Shown here in pieces: positions 61,901-64,000 of a stretch of 64,000 nt of DNA. Below the pieces are notes generated by a model. The model did not search any database and was not told the origin of the DNA. It saw only the letters and a list, made by a program, of their open reading frames with translations. A program made the position numbers and the translations under genes. Source of the stretch: Octopus sinensis (Eukaryota); the NCBI RefSeq assembly GCF_006345805.1, contig NC_043021.1:1054001-1118000 (forward strand). Reading direction: 5' to 3'. The stretch's first letter is position 1; every line of letters starts with the position of its first letter.

Positions 61901-62590
61901 ATATTTGTTATTCTGTTGGGTTTAAGATTCAATGTTTTCATTCAACAAAACCCCGTTTACACCTAGGGGTTTCACATCCCCAGCAACTGAGCCAACATAA
62001 GGAATATCAGAAGTAACAACTAAATTTCCTTCCCATCACGTCCTACATTCTTAAAAAAAATGCTCAGTAACATGGCCCTGAAGTTCCTGCAGAAAATGTA
62101 GAGCGATTGCCAATGGAATGCCTTTGATTATAGGTCTGTTGGATCAAGCTTAGCACGGGGCTAAATAACAGTGAACATCAGTGATTTCAACAGCACTGTA
62201 ATGCACCATACAAGTTTACTCTCCTATGTTGCACATCAGCGGTCTTTACGAGAGAGCCTTATTCCTCTGATGGTCTCTCTCCACTTTTCAGAGCATCTAC
62301 CACTACTAACACCTCTACTACACCAATACCACTGCACTGCACTATCTTACATTGTTTTAAATGTTTACACCATCAAAGAAATGTTAAAGAAAGATGTTGA
62401 AAAAAAGATGGGAGGTGGGTACTCAACAAACCTGAAAATATATCTGTTAGGTAGAGGGGGTCCTTTACTGACCGGATACCACCAATTAGAAGGAAAATGT
62501 CCAAATCTTGAGCTGACAGTCCAGCAGGAATGTGATTGTGTGCCTTCAGGTATTCTGGCAGGGAAAAGTCTGATGGATATGTTTCAACAG
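52790..62590 (-). CDS. GLT1D1: Glycosyltransferase 1 domain-containing protein 1, last six coding exons (5' end not found in window)
   Basis: Minus-strand exons 62590-62432, 61733-61684, 59562-59519, 56497-56377, 54858-54760, 52951-52790 join in frame. Motifs DIFLLIGGIRSVKDPLYL, VIIGP, VVNSSLSEGMSTAILEAM (EX7E of GT-B retaining transferases), PVIARNIPGN, EFLEKAKLLLCDP. Symbol assigned by recalled similarity to vertebrate GLT1D1. Confidence 0.88.
53550..54600. repeat. Long imperfect inverted repeat with nested SINE in the last GLT1D1 intron
   Basis: Perfect 24-bp inverted core 53734-53757 / 54435-54458; arms extend outward with mostly transition differences. Confidence 0.7.
53815..54170 (-). 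mobile_element. tRNA-derived SINE family A copy nested in the inverted repeat
   Basis: Colinear similarity to 57001-57394. Confidence 0.75.
54760..54858 (-). CDS. GLT1D1: GLT1D1 exon (AMQLGTPVIARNIPGNSAILQDGKSALLYNTPQ)
   Basis: TTAAG acceptor, GTCAGT donor, 99 nt. Confidence 0.9.
56377..56497 (-). CDS. GLT1D1: GLT1D1 exon (T-LPGVVYINGL...NSSLSEGMSTAILE)
   Basis: TACAG acceptor, GTGAAT donor, EX7E motif. Confidence 0.9.
57001..57394 (-). mobile_element. tRNA-derived SINE, family A (near full-length copy)
   Basis: Minus-strand head GGCTGTGTGGTAAGTAGCTTG...GGTTCCGGGTTCAGTCCC with A/B boxes. Other copies at about 264-605, 2700-2935, 15815-16155, 53815-54170 and heads at 14615 and 61228. Confidence 0.8.
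57400..57745 (+). mobile_element. Mariner transposase remnant (HTH to WVPHEL-like linker)
   Basis: Frameshifted RKWFK.F.SGDLSLEDRE, DPRKTTQELAKEL, HLHVIGKSKKLNKWIAHDLNENQK. Confidence 0.8.
57865..59222 (-). mobile_element. Internally deleted Helitron with both termini, in a GLT1D1 intron
   Basis: Minus strand begins A|TC at 59222 and ends in a GC-rich hairpin (CAGCC...GGCTG) then CTAG|T at 57865, i.e. an AT target. Rep N-terminal remnant ICQFCRAKKWPGETPSMCCSNGKI...YNCALQITSFGA, GQIYH.IGSL...QFLQLYFVGD at about 58330-57900. Confidence 0.88.
59519..59562 (-). CDS. GLT1D1: GLT1D1 exon (IEDCYYEKFLKKIQ)
   Basis: TTATAG acceptor, GTAAGT donor, 44 nt, phase 0/2 as needed by its neighbours. Confidence 0.82.
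61684..61733 (-). CDS. GLT1D1: GLT1D1 exon (E-WHREHRTCFFVIIGPK)
   Basis: TTACAG acceptor, GTGAGT donor, phase 1/0. Confidence 0.88.
62432..62590 (-). CDS. GLT1D1: GLT1D1 exon (VETYPSDFSLPEYLK...KDPLYLTDIFS)
   Basis: TTTTAG acceptor, GTTTGT donor, phase 1/1. Confidence 0.88.
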
Positions 62591-62691
62591 CTAAAATAAA
62601 AAACACATTTATATAGAGAGATATTTTGTAGTTCATAATTATGTGCATATATATATATATATATGTGTGTGCGTGTATTATACATATATGT

Positions 62692-62753
<62 letters not shown>

Positions 62754-64000
62754 CACATACTCATATCTACAGGCTTTTATAGATGTGTGTGTTGATTTAT
62801 AGTTGAGTACTTTTAAAGTACTTCAAGTTCTTCATTGAATTGCAATCATCAGATGGCATTTCACCTAAAGAATATTTTCAATACTGATGACTTTTCACAA
62901 TTTCATGGGCAGCGAATTTTAAGCTTCCAGCTGATCCTGGTTACATAGATCAATTGAGCACTAAATAGTTTCACTAGATTGACCTTATATTAATGCACAA
63001 CATTAGCAACAGATTAATTGAGGATACAATCACATTTGGCTTCTGGAGTGTTTTTCCAAAGTATCCCCCCTAAATGTACTCAATATAATTCTTCAGACAT
63101 TTTTTTAAGCATTTACAAAATGAACTTGAATCTGATTAGCAATTTTGCACTGTTGATAACTGGGTGAAAGTGGTCTTTAATTAGTGTTACTAATTAGATG
63201 GAAGTTACTTTAAATCAGAGCAAAAAATGCTTCTTGTGGGTTCTACATTTAAGTTGCATGGAGAGATTCATAAGATTACATTGTTTTTTATATTTGTGCT
63301 GAAGTTGCTCATTGTAAACAAAAAAAACAAAACTTTTGAAGCAACAGAAAAGGAGTCAGTTTTAAGAACAAAACAAAAAAAAAACATACTGTTTGGAATA
63401 TGGAATACTTTGGAAACATAAAACAAATGCGTGCATAATGTAGAAGGTGCTTCCTATCCTCGATGCACAGAGTGTCATAACATGGTGTTCGACTTTCAAC
63501 ACTTTCTAATTTCTGGCTTTAAAATCAAGCAAAAGAAAAGCAAGGCAGTGAACAGTAAAGTGCAGAGGGAAGTGGGGAACTGGCCATTGCAGCTGGTGAA
63601 GGTTACAAGCGGGGTAAGCTTAAGTTGAAGGAATAAAAGAACCCAGACATTCCCAGATTTTTTGATAGCTTTTGCAAATAATCATAGCTAATCCTGACTG
63701 TCTTGGTTGAGAGACATAGACAACTACATGCCTTGTTACAAATCTAAAGGCTGGATAATTCTGTCAAGTAATGCAAAAAAAAAAAAATGTAGATGTTAAG
63801 GTTTCCAATGGTGATGGTTGATGAATCGAAGTAGATGTAAATTATTATTATTTATTGTATGAGATCAAAGGAATGGCAGAGCTTAACGAGTGTTACATCT
63901 TGTACATTGTGGGGAAGTGACAAAATGAAAAGAAGAATGAAAACTTGATGAGAGGTAAAGGGTAGGCATGGAAACAGAAAAAAAGCAGAGAAATTCTGAA

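Noticed and set aside
62600-64000. Next upstream GLT1D1 exon
   Set aside because: No minus-strand segment with the right phase and similarity was found; it is probably beyond the window.

Overview
Eukaryotic, AT-rich, repeat-dense genomic DNA, most likely from an octopus; this is inferred from the interspersed repeat families, not proven. Three intron-containing genes were assembled by hand from GT-AG splice sites with consistent phases. TATDN3 (TatD DNase family, + strand) has 12 coding exons at 8664-30622 and encodes 276 aa. DENR (density-regulated reinitiation factor, + strand) has 6 coding exons at 42303-50873, encodes 186 aa, and has a probable non-coding first exon near 37.0-37.1 kb. 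The last six coding exons of GLT1D1 (GT-B glycosyltransferase, - strand) lie at 62590-52790; its 5' end was not found in the window. Introns and intergenic DNA contain tRNA-derived SINEs, 5'-truncated RTE LINEs, a young CR1 LINE with an uninterrupted RT frame, two mariner remnants, a deleted piggyBac with both TIRs and TTAA sites, a Helitron helicase remnant, a deleted Helitron with both termini, several MITE/foldback elements and microsatellites. The best second-look items are hammerhead-ribozyme-like motifs in two repeat families, a possible spliced non-coding transcript divergent from TATDN3, and the CR1 element. The CR1 is of interest as a possible horizontal transfer and for possible RT expression. 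No CRISPR array, rRNA or genuine tRNA gene was found.
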